From assembly GCA_035353595.1 (NCBI GenBank), contig DAOPZW010000001.1, positions 1,099 to 65,098 on the forward strand: 64,000 bases of DNA, written 5' to 3'. Below the pieces are notes generated by a model that saw only the letters and a list, made by a program, of their open reading frames with translations, made no database searches and was not told the origin of the DNA. A program made the translations under genes and the position numbers. Origin of the DNA: Elusimicrobiales bacterium. GTDB taxonomy: Bacteria; Elusimicrobiota; Elusimicrobia; Elusimicrobiales; UBA9959. Position 1 is the stretch's first letter; the number at the start of each line of letters is the position of its first letter. Positions 18,135 through 30,100 of this stretch are shown piece after piece.

Positions 18135-18338
18135 TTATCCGACTTTTTTAGTATCCCCGGCAGCATCAAATACCGGAGATTCACACACCAGAACCCCGGT
18201 ATCAGAAATCTTGGCAACCGAAAATAATTTCGTTCTTTCGCCTATAGAAAGCGTCTGAACATACTGCATAGCCTGGGTAGTGGAAAAAATCCCTACGGAA
18301 ACCAGGAAGGCCGCTATCACTTTATCTTTGTTCGTCAT
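18135..18338 (-). CDS. 67-aa secreted small protein, candidate radical-SAM substrate
   Basis: AAGGGGA RBS 6 nt before the ATG. MTNKDKVIAAFLVSVGIFSTTQA|MQYV... has a signal or leader with an AxA-like site. The predicted mature ~44 aa has one Cys. It is the first gene of the operon, directly upstream of the rSAM gene. Confidence 0.5.
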   Translation of the reverse strand: MTNKDKVIAAFLVSVGIFSTTQAMQYVQTLSIGERTKLFSVAKISDTGVLVCESPVFDAAGDTKKVG

Positions 18339-18361
18339 TTGTATTCCCCTTAACTCCTAAC

Positions 18362-18390
18362 ATTCTGCCATTTTCAGCGCGGCCTTACAA
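18362..18390 (-). promoter_or_regulatory. Possible sigma-70-type promoter TTGTAA-17-CAGAAT for the peptide/rSAM operon
   Basis: Read on the minus strand. 17-nt spacer. The -10 element ends ~23 nt before the ATG at 18338. Preceded by an A/T-rich hairpin plus T-run (18381..18426) that could insulate it from read-through. Confidence 0.3.
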
Positions 18391-18677
18391 AGAAAAAAGG
18401 AAAAGCAAATTTTGATTTTGCTTTCCCTGGATGCGCCGGATTAAGGTCCGACCGTGGATACCCGGGGGCCAATTCCCCCGATTACAAGGAAACTACGATT
18501 AGAGTTTAGCTGACTTAGGTTGCGCCCGGAAGTGCCGTTGGGCCTGGTGGGTTCTAGGCCCTGCCTTCCCCGCAGTTGAATGACGCCATTACTGGTTCTG
18601 CTTCTTTGCAGTTTTCCGCAAGGCCGAGGTTGTTGGCGCGGGCCTTACCGCCGCAGGCGGTACAATGGTGACCGTAA

Positions 18678-18941
18678 ATGGGCCCGAAGAATTCGCACTG
18701 CGTTGTGCGGCTGGGCATCTTCGACGGCGAGTTCCACTGGCACAAGCACGACGCGGAAGACGAACTCTTCTACGTGCTGGAAGGCAGACTGCTGCTGGAC
18801 CTGGAGGGCCAAACCCTGGAACTGCTGCCCAACCAGGGCTACACCGTCCCCAGGACCGTGCTGCACCGCACCCGCGCCCGGGAAAAAACGGTGGTGCTGA
18901 TGGTGGAAAAGAACACCGTAAACCCCAAAGGCGACAACTGA
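18678..18941 (+). CDS. Cupin-domain protein, probably N-terminally truncated or degraded
   Basis: 'GEFHWHKHDAEDELFYVLEGRLLLDLEG...VPRTVLHR' is a cupin_2 core. Only 87 aa. A stop sits immediately upstream in frame, and an N-terminal-like 'NGPEEFAL' occurs in another frame. Confidence 0.5.
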   Translation: MGPKNSHCVVRLGIFDGEFHWHKHDAEDELFYVLEGRLLLDLEGQTLELLPNQGYTVPRTVLHRTRAREKTVVLMVEKNTVNPKGDN

Positions 18942-18994
18942 GAAACAAAAGGGCCCCTGCGGCTTGTCTTATGTTTGCCGCAGGCCGGCGCAGT

Positions 18995-21426
<2,432 letters not shown>

Positions 21427-21665
21427 CTATTTTAAGGTTATTGAAAATAACGGGCATTGTCAAGCCTGCATTTGTGAACGCTGGGGTGTGCCGGAAAATA
21501 CTTGCGGTAAACAGCCTGTACCGCGTTAAGCGCCTGGGGGTCGAACTGAACCCGCCTGCGGGCGATTACCAAATACGCGCTTTTGCGCTGAGGGCCGGAG
21601 TAGGTCTAAAAACGGGGCGTCCTGAGCGGCCGGCCCATGCGGCGGCCGGCGCCCCGGACTATACT

Positions 21666-22808
21666 ATGGATATGAAAAAAATACTCATGGCAGTTGCGGC
21701 GCTGGGTTTAGCCGCCGCGGCACAGGCGGCAACCCTTGAAGACTTGGCGGCCTCTCCCGCGGGTTTCGCTTCGCTGTATGCGGCGGACCTTTCCGGTCTT
21801 GAAAGTCCCAAATCCCTGCCCGGTATAAATATCCCGGCGGCCAAGGCTTACGCTGTGGATTATACGCTGCGCGGCGTGCTCACGCGCAGCGGTGATAAAA
21901 CCCTCTTCAACACCCCCGACGGCAGGCTGTTCGAACTGAAAATAAGCGCCGGCAAAGCCCGCCGCTACGACGGCAGGTCCGTGGAGATCTCCGCCAGGGC
22001 CACGGCCGCGGACCAGCTCTCCGTGCTGAAGGTTTCCAGGATAGAGGAATACCGGCCGGGCAGCCAGGAAGTGCAGCTGCCGCCGTATTCGGCCTTAAGA
22101 AAGCCCGCCCGTATAGTGAGCGGCGACGGCGCGGCCGCGGTGGTTGAAAATGTGCGCTGGAATTACGACCTCAAGGCCCCCGCGGTTTTCGACTGGGCCA
22201 CCGCCACGATAAAGCCGGAGCTGGTAAAAAATATTTACTTCGTGAAAAAACCTTTCGCTCCGGAATGGCTGGCGGCCCATTCGCTGTTCGCCTTCTCCTT
22301 CGAGGACGGCGGGCTGACCGACGCCGCGGGTAATAAGGCCGGCGCCCTGGTGCTTTCCATAGAGGCTTACCTGCGCGACGGCCAGAGCTATTCCCTGACG
22401 GACGGCCTGAAGAACAAATTCTCCATAGTATGGCAGCTCACCACCTGGGAGGAATACTCCGCCCGCACGGTATATGTTGAAAAGCAGCGCCTGATCCCCT
22501 ATCCCGTTACTCTCGGCCATGAACAGAAAGCGGCGCTCCTGCGGGAGGCCCTGCGGCAGGCCGCCGTCAACCGCGAGGGGGAATATTACCACACGGTCAC
22601 CAATAACTGCACCAATAACCTGGTCATACTGATGAACCATGTGCTGCCGGAGAACCGGCGCATCAAGCCCTGGACCATCCCCGCGCTGGTCTATAATCTT
22701 AATTCCACCATGCCCATCTGGGTGCCGGGTTACCTGCAGAAGAAAGGTTTGCTCGGCGCGGAGCTGCCGCCCGTGAACGAGGCGAGCTTCCCCGTGATGC
22801 TGCCCTGA
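21666..22808 (+). CDS. DUF4105-like secreted/outer-membrane-associated protein
   Basis: Signal peptide MDMKKILMAVAALGLAAAAQA. C-terminal region 'YYHTVTNNCTNNLVILMN' resembles the DUF4105 'Y..f..NC' motif. The ORF-track start at 21441 is rejected. Confidence 0.5.
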   Translation: MDMKKILMAVAALGLAAAAQAATLEDLAASPAGFASLYAADLSGLESPKSLPGINIPAAKAYAVDYTLRGVLTRSGDKTLFNTPDGRLFELKISAGKARRYDGRSVEISARATAADQLSVLKVSRIEEYRPGSQEVQLPPYSALRKPARIVSGDGAAAVVENVRWNYDLKAPAVFDWATATIKPELVKNIYFVKKPFAPEWLAAHSLFAFSFEDGGLTDAAGNKAGALVLSIEAYLRDGQSYSLTDGLKNKFSIVWQLTTWEEYSARTVYVEKQRLIPYPVTLGHEQKAALLREALRQAAVNREGEYYHTVTNNCTNNLVILMNHVLPENRRIKPWTIPALVYNLNSTMPIWVPGYLQKKGLLGAELPPVNEASFPVMLP

Positions 22809-22886
22809 AACCCTTACTGGTTTAGCGGATTCATTCCGCGTGGGCTGCGATCTGCCTGGTGTGGTTTTTACTCGGAAGCTGCTGTC

Positions 22887-24116
22887 TTATTGCGGGCCGG
22901 GTTTGCTTTTCAATTTCAGCACCGCCCGCCGCAACCAGCCGGTCTGCCCGGTGCTGGTGCTGACTTTTGCGCGTTCACCTTTCAGGCCGAGCACGGTCAC
23001 TACGGAATCTTTGAACATGAAGCCGAGGCTGTCCGTGCTTTCGGGGTCTTTGTACAATATGGCGCGGTTCGTTACTATTATAGCGCTGCTGCCGGTTTCA
23101 AAATAGTTGGCCGACTGCGGGCTGGCATATGCCGCGTCGCTGGCCTTTTTTTCCGCTATCTTATGCTTTTCGAATTTCATGACCAGCGTCAGCAGGTGGG
23201 AATTGCCCAGGTCCCCGAACGGGACATAGGCGTAATCAAAGCCGGCATCTTTATAACCTATACCGAACCCGGCGCTGAAGCCGGCGTATTTCCCGGCTTT
23301 TCCCGCGCCGGTGCGGCCGTTGTAGCCGGCGCGGAGAGCGGCGCTCAGCGCGTCAAAGAAACTCTTCCGGTATTCCAGGCCGGCACAGCCGTACGCCGGC
23401 GCGCCTCTGGCCATAATCCCGTCGAAAGCCAGCAGGAACCCCGTGCCCAGCCGGTAGCTGCTGCCCAGCCTGAACGTACTGGGCAGCCGCGCGACCTCGG
23501 ACCTGTACTTCAGCCCGGGGCCCAGATTAGAAAATGAAGCCGCCAGCGTCAGCGAGCGGCCGGTCCAGCGCACGCCGCCGTCGCCCGCATAGGACAGCGC
23601 CTCGTGATAAAGCCGCGAATAGAGCAGTTTCGCCCCGAGCCCGTATTCGAAGTCTTTATACCTGCGCGCATTGTACGCCGAGACCGCCAGGTCCATGGGT
23701 GACAGGGAATCGCCGGTCAGGTTACCGGCATTATCCACCTTCGCTATGCCTCCCGGGGACAGATACTGCGCCCCGAACCCCAGAACGCCGTGTTTGAGCG
23801 TCTCTACCGCCAGGCTGACGTGATCATAAGAGACCGACTGGAAATAGACCGCGTGCGTCAGGGAGAGATTGACCCCTTCCAATCCGGCGATCTGCGCGGG
23901 ATTATAATGGATGGCCGAGGCGTCGGTGGAGGCGGCTGCCTGCGCGTCGCCCAGCGCTACCGCCCTGGCGCCGGCCGGGAGCTCCAGGAATTGCGCGCCG
24001 GTGGTGCCTAAGGCGCCGGCTGAATAATCTCCGGCCCGGGCGGCAGGCAGCCCTGCCGTGCAGATGCCGAGCGCGAGCAGGATCGCCGGGAACTTTTGCC
24101 GCTGATCAGTGTTCAT
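22887..24116 (-). CDS. PorV/PorQ-like outer-membrane beta-barrel protein with C-terminal SH3b-like domain
   Basis: Signal peptide. N-terminal signature 'FLELPAGARAVALGDAQAAASTDASAIHYNPAQIAGL'. Alternating beta-strand pattern. C-terminus 'AILYKDPESTDSLGFMFKDSVVTVLGLKGERAKVSTSTGQTGWL' is SH3-like. Start overlaps the upstream stop (ATGA). Confidence 0.65.
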   Translation of the reverse strand: MNTDQRQKFPAILLALGICTAGLPAARAGDYSAGALGTTGAQFLELPAGARAVALGDAQAAASTDASAIHYNPAQIAGLEGVNLSLTHAVYFQSVSYDHVSLAVETLKHGVLGFGAQYLSPGGIAKVDNAGNLTGDSLSPMDLAVSAYNARRYKDFEYGLGAKLLYSRLYHEALSYAGDGGVRWTGRSLTLAASFSNLGPGLKYRSEVARLPSTFRLGSSYRLGTGFLLAFDGIMARGAPAYGCAGLEYRKSFFDALSAALRAGYNGRTGAGKAGKYAGFSAGFGIGYKDAGFDYAYVPFGDLGNSHLLTLVMKFEKHKIAEKKASDAAYASPQSANYFETGSSAIIVTNRAILYKDPESTDSLGFMFKDSVVTVLGLKGERAKVSTSTGQTGWLRRAVLKLKSKPGPQ

Positions 24117-27100
24117 CTTTCAATTACCAGCTTTTTGACCGCGCGCTTGCCGGCAGCGTTTTCAATAACGGCCATGTAAACTCCGCTGGCCGCGGCGCGG
24201 CCCGCTTCGTTCTTGCCGTCCCAGGCCTTGCAGCCGCCGTCGGACGCCGCTATGGCGAGCTTGCGGATGCGGTCGCCCTGCAGGTTGTAAATGGTTATCC
24301 GCCCTTCGAGCCCGAGGTTTTCAAAGTTAACCCCCGCGCCGCAGCCGGCGGCCGGGGAATCGTACCGGCCGCCGCTGCCGGGCGTCCACGGCACCGGGTA
24401 AACCTTCACTGAATCAAGGCCCGGCGCCGCGCTCACCAGCAGCCCGTACGTCGAAAAATGCGGTACCGCTGCGCTGAAATGATTCTGGACATAATCGGGA
24501 ACAGAGCCCGCTACCAGCTCCCAGCGGGAGAAGGCTTCATTGAGCCAGTACAGCGAAAGTTTGGTTTCCTTGATATGCGTGCCGTCCACCAGCCCGTCAT
24601 TATCAGCGTCGGGATAAGGAATTGTTATGGTTACCGGCAGGTCGAAACCGGGGATCACCGCCTGGGTGTTGGTGTCGGTTGCGGTAAACATCCTGTACAG
24701 ATTGACCGCCTGTACCGGAACCAGCCCGCCGGTGTTCTGGAAAGCCGTCCCGAGCTGGCCGCCCGACGGGTCCGGCCGCGCTATCTCCACATCCAGCTGT
24801 CCGGCATAAGCGTTGGCCGGCACTGTTACCATTGTGCCGTCATCGCTGTAAAAAACGCCCCCGCTGAGGCCGCTCAAAGAAGTGTCGATCGCGAACGTAG
24901 CGCCGGTGAGGATAAGCGTCCCGACGTTGCCGGCCGTGTCCGTGGCTGAAAGGTCAAAGGCGGCCGTGCCGTTGGGAACACCGGGATTTATAAATCCATG
25001 GCCCGTCCAGTTCTTGTTAGCCCCGGTTAAAGTGAGCGGTACCGTCAACCCGCCGGACGGGGTGTACGACAGCAGAGGCGCCTGTGGGATGGAGCCGGCG
25101 TCCTGCAGCGTAACGGCCACAGAGAAGACGCCGGTTTTTAAAGGCTGGACCGGGGTGACAACTATAACGGCGCGGGGCCCCACGGTGTCTACCTGGAAAG
25201 ACGCGTTCTTTACGCCTGTATTCGAGGCCAGGTCTTTGCCCGAAGAGGCTATGGCCGCCGTACCTTCAAAACCAGGGACCGCGGTATAAACGCCCTGCCA
25301 GCTCAGCGCCCCGGCGGCGCTAAGAACGACAGGCGTTGCCGCGCCCTGCCCGTGCTGTGTTACGCTGATAGCCGGCGGCTCTTTCAGGTCTTCGCTGGAA
25401 AGCAGCGTAATGGTGACCGGCCCCGCCTTGGCCGGATCGGGCGCGGCCGTTACGGTCAGCGTCGGCGAGGCGGTATCTACCGTGAACTTGTAGCGCGCGA
25501 TCGCGCCCGCGTTGCCCGCATCGTCCACGCCGCGCAGGTGGAACCAGTAGGTGCCGTCGGCCGTCAGGGGGCCGGTATAATTCGTAAGAACGGTTTCCGT
25601 AACGGCGTCGAGCGTATACGCCTCAGCCTGGTTGAGCGCGTAACTGTAACCGGCTAAACCGGAACCGGTTTCCGCCGCAGCGCTCCAGGTAAAAGAGGGG
25701 GTATTCAGCGAAGTGGAGGCGTTCTCGGCGTGTGTGGGAGAAGTTATGGCCGGCGTGCCCGGCGCCGTGGTATCCACCGCGAAACTGGCGGAACCGGCCA
25801 GGGGACGCGCGTGCAGGTCCAGCCCGGAAACCGAGATTGCCGCGTTGCCGTCGTACCCGGCCAGCACCGTATAGGTGCCGCTCCAGGTTATGTTGTTCTG
25901 GCTCGTCAGCGGCACAGCGGCAGCCGAGGCGCCGTTCTGCGTTACGGTCGCCGACATCGCGCTCATTTCCTTGTTGAGGGTAACGGTCAGCGTTATCGGA
26001 CCTTCTTTGGCCGGATCGCGGGAAACAGCTATCCCCTGCAGCACGGGGGCCAACAGGTCTATCTTGACCGGGCCGTAGCGCGCGGGATCTCCCCAGTTGC
26101 CGGCATTGTCCTTGGCCTTGACATAAAAATACCAGGTGCCGTCGGGTACGTTCTGGAACGTGGTCGTGTTGGCGGTAAGGTTCACCGTCATGGCCGGCGA
26201 ATAAGCGGCGGACTGGACCAGCGCCACGCTGTACCCCGCCACGCCGGAGGGGCCGTCGTCCAGGACCAGCCAGCTGAACTGCGGGTTATTGCTGACCGTG
26301 TTCCAAACGTTCGGCTGATGCGTTGCCGAAGTGGTAGGCGGCTCCGGCGGGGTGGAGGCATCCACCGTTTGGCCGTTGGAATTTACCGGTGTGGAATACA
26401 GCCCCGCCCCGTTCTGGGCTTTGATGGAAAAATAGCAGGTCGCCCCGTCATCCAGCCCCGGCCCCGAAACTGTCACGGCGCGGGCGGCGCCGTTGTCGGT
26501 CCAGGGGGCTATATCCGTAGCCCCGGGGGCGGTTCCCGCTGCGTACCAGTATTTCGCGATCCCGGAATAGTTGTCGGCAGCGGCGCTCCAATTGGCTGAA
26601 AACCGGCTGGTAGAGCTCGAATAGGTAATGTCGGCGCCTGTGCCGTCGTTGACTACGGCTACCGCCGACGGCGGCGTGGAGTCCAGCGTCTGCCCGTCGG
26701 ACATCGTCTCGGCCGAGAGCAGCCCGGCCCCGTTCTCGGCTTTTACAAAGAAGTACACATGGTCGCCTTCTGTCATGGAGTTGGTGAAATAAGTCACCGC
26801 GCGGGAGGAACCATTGTCGGTCCAGCCGAGAAGGCTCGTCGGATCATCCTGAGTGAAACCGATAGCGTACCAGTAACGCGCTATGCCGCTCTGCGCGTCG
26901 CTGGAGGCGCTCCAGTTGGCCGAGATCTGGGTTGCCGAGGTGGTATAGCTGATATCGGCGCCGGTGCCGTCGTTTACCGCGGCTATCGCGGCCGGCGCGC
27001 TGCCGTCCGCCGTCTGCCCGTTGGAATTGGCCGCCGCGGACAGCAGCCCCGCCCTGTTCTCGGCCTTGACCGAAAAATAATAGGTCTGGCCGGTAGTTAA

Positions 27101-30100
27101 TGATAAGCCCGTTTTGGTTACGCTCAGCGAGCCGCCGTTGTCGGTCCAGCCCGCCACATCGGTGCCGCCGGCCGCGGTGCCTATGGCGTACCAGTATTTC
27201 GCCACTCCGGACTGCGCGTCGGAAGAGGCGCTCCAGTTCGCCTTAAGCTGGGTCAGCGAACCGGTATAAACGATGTCGGCCCCGGCGCCGTCGTTGACCG
27301 TGGCTACCGCGGCCGGCGCGCTGGTGTCCACCAGCTGCCCGTCGGAATTGGCCGCGGCGGAAAGCAGGCCGGCGCCATTTTCGGCTTTTACCGTGAAGTA
27401 ATAAGTCGTTCCGTTGCTGAGCGAAAGCCCTGTTCTGGTCACGCTGAGCGAGCCCCCGTTATCGGTCCAGCCCGCCACGTTCGTGCCGCCGGCGGCGGTG
27501 CCTATGGCGTACCAGTATTTAACTATCCCGGATTGCGCGTCGCTGCCGGCGTTCCAGTTAGCGGACAGCTGGGTCAGGGACCCGGTATAATTTATGTCCG
27601 CGCCGGTGCCATCTCTTGAGGTGCTTGGCGCCGCGGGCGCGGTCGCGTCCACCAGCTGGCCGTTCGAATTGGCGGCCGCGGACAGCAGCCCCGCCCCGTT
27701 CTCGGCCTTGACCGAGAAGTAGTAGGTCTGCCCGTCGCTGAGGGACAAACCGGCGGCTGTAACGCTGCGGGCGGAACCGTTATCCGTCCAGCCCCGTATA
27801 TCGGCGCCGCCGGCCGTGCTGCCTATGGCGTACCAGTATTTTACTATGCCGGATTGGGCGTCGGACGAGGTTCCCCAGTTGGCCGCCAGCTGGGTCAGCG
27901 AACCGGTGTAGGCGCTATCGGCGCCGGTGCCGTCGTTCACCGCGGCTACCGCGGCCGGCGCGCTGGCGTCCACCGTCTGGCCGTTGGAATTGGCGGCGGC
28001 GGATTGCAGCCCTACGCCGTTCTCGGCTTTGACCGTAAAGTAATAGGTCTGCCCCGTAGTCAGCGAGAGGCCTGTCCGGGTTACGCTGAGCGCGGCCCCG
28101 TTGTCGGTCCAGCCCGCGATATTGGCCGCACCCGCGCTGGTGCCGATGGCGTACCAGTATTTGGCTATGCCGCTTTCGGCGTCGGTGGCGGCGCTCCAGT
28201 TGGCCGCCAGCTGGGTCAGCGAACCGGTATAGGTTATGTCGGCGCCCGCGCCGTCGCTTACCGCGGGTACGGCGCCGGGCGGAGTGCTATCGGGAGGCGT
28301 ATCGTCCCTGATCAAGCGGACAGCCATCCCGTATTTGTTGCCGGTGACATAATCCCCCAAAAAGGTGTAGCCGTAAAACAGCCCCTGATAGTAGGACTCC
28401 ACATCAGTATTTAAGGTGGAAGTCCAGAACAGAGAGCTTGCGCTCATGGCGCCGAAGACCCCGCTGATCCCATACCGCAAGCCTGAAGCATAAGCGGTAA
28501 AGCCGCTGCTGTTGTTGGCCGCCTGATTGTTGCCAGGAGCTCCGGCTGTTGCGGAAGCGGCCCAAGAACTGTTGCCGGCAATTGATTTGGCTATTTTATT
28601 CCCGCTGGTAGTGGCATCGTAATTATAACCATTGGCTATAAGCCAGTCACTGGCCCTGTTCCATTCCTGTCTGCTGGGCACATGCCAGCCCGAAGGGGCT
28701 ATGTTGCGGTTATCGGCGGCCGCATACCAGTTATACAGCAGTCCGTAAGTCGGTACATTGCCGGAGTCGTTGTCGTAGCTGCAATATGCGGCCGAGCCGG
28801 CATTCGCCCAGGCGGTATCGTCCGTGATATTGCTTATGCTGTCGCCGTTCCTGAACCGGGTGGTTCTCAGGTTTTCCACCGTCCAGGTGTTGGTCCCTAT
28901 GATCACCGTGTGGTACACGTTCCCGTCAATGTCCGTAACCGTGCTGGATTGGGCGGCCGCATTTACCGTCTGGCCGTTCGAATTTGCCGGGGTAGAATAT
29001 GTGCCCGCTCCGTTTTCGGCCTTCACCGAAAAGTATACGGTGCTGCCATTGGGGACCAGCAGGCCGGTTTTGGTCACGCTGAGCGCCGTGCCATTATCCG
29101 TCCAATCCACAATATTCGTGCCGCCGGCAACAGTGCCTATGGCGTACCAGTACCTTAAGATACCGGATTCAGCGTCGGAGGAAACGGTCCAGTTGGCTGA
29201 AAGTTCGGTCCGGGAATCGGTAGTAGCTATGTCGGCGCCCAGGCCGTCGTTTACGGTCGCTACGGTCGCGGGCGCGGTGGTGTCCACGCTCTGCCCGTTG
29301 GAATTGGCCGGGGTGGAATTAATGCCCGCGCCGTTCTCGGCTTTAACTGAAAAATAATACATCTGGCCATAGGCAAGGGACAAGTCGGTTTTGATCGCGT
29401 TGAGGGATAAGCCAACGCTGGTCCAGTTCGTTATGTCGGTGCCGCCGGGGGTGGTGCCTATGGCGTACCGGTATTTAACTATGCCGCTTTCCTGGTCGGT
29501 GGAGGCGGTCCAGTTGGCGGAAAGCCGGGTAAGCGAATCGCCGTAATCCCTGTCGGAACCGAGGCTGTCGCTGACAACCGGCTGTGTGGGCGGGGTGGTA
29601 TCGGGCGTGGCGCCGGATTGGCATGAGCAATACGCGCTGCCTGTAAGCCCGCGGCCATTTTTTACCTGCAGGTAGACGGTATCGCCATAGCCTAAAGTCC
29701 AATCCCCTACGGTTTTTGAGAAGGAGCTCCCGCTGGAGGTGAGCTGCCAGGCGGTATCGGTAAAAGAGGCGTTGTTCGAGACCCGGTAAGCCAGCGGATT
29801 GCTGTCGGTGTCCGCCGCGCTGAGCGACAGGGTTGCCGGCCCTGCCGGACAGGCAGCGCCGCAACTGCCGTTGATCTTGATATCGGCCGCGGGCGGAGTT
29901 GTGTCGGGAAGATAATCAAAAATGCGATTAACAAATATTTCGGTATTAACCGGACCGAAAAGATCTGCTGATTCGTTCATTTTTGAGATATAGGTGGGGC
30001 GATAAACCCCCAGCGGTTTGTAAGCCGCCCCTTCGAACAGGCCTACTTCGGCGGAGCCGGCAGGTCCTATGGTAGGCAGCGGGGTAGCGGGAAACACCCA

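Noticed and set aside
18355-18376. TGGCAG-N5-TTAGG on the minus strand upstream of the 18338 peptide gene, considered as a fifth sigma-54 promoter
   Set aside because: The -12 element lacks the conserved GC (TTAGG instead of TTGC), and the site is only ~30 nt from the ATG. A sigma-70-like TTGTAA-17-CAGAAT reading of the same region fits better.
21441-21665. 75-codon N-terminal extension of the DUF4105-like gene
   Set aside because: A typical signal peptide begins at the internal Met (21666). The extension has no RBS and shows non-coding-like composition.
26360-29608. Regularly spaced ~320-bp repeats, considered as a CRISPR-like or satellite array
   Set aside because: The period is far too long and the units are in-frame coding modules (FN3-like) of one large ORF. 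No short direct repeat/spacer structure exists anywhere in the window.
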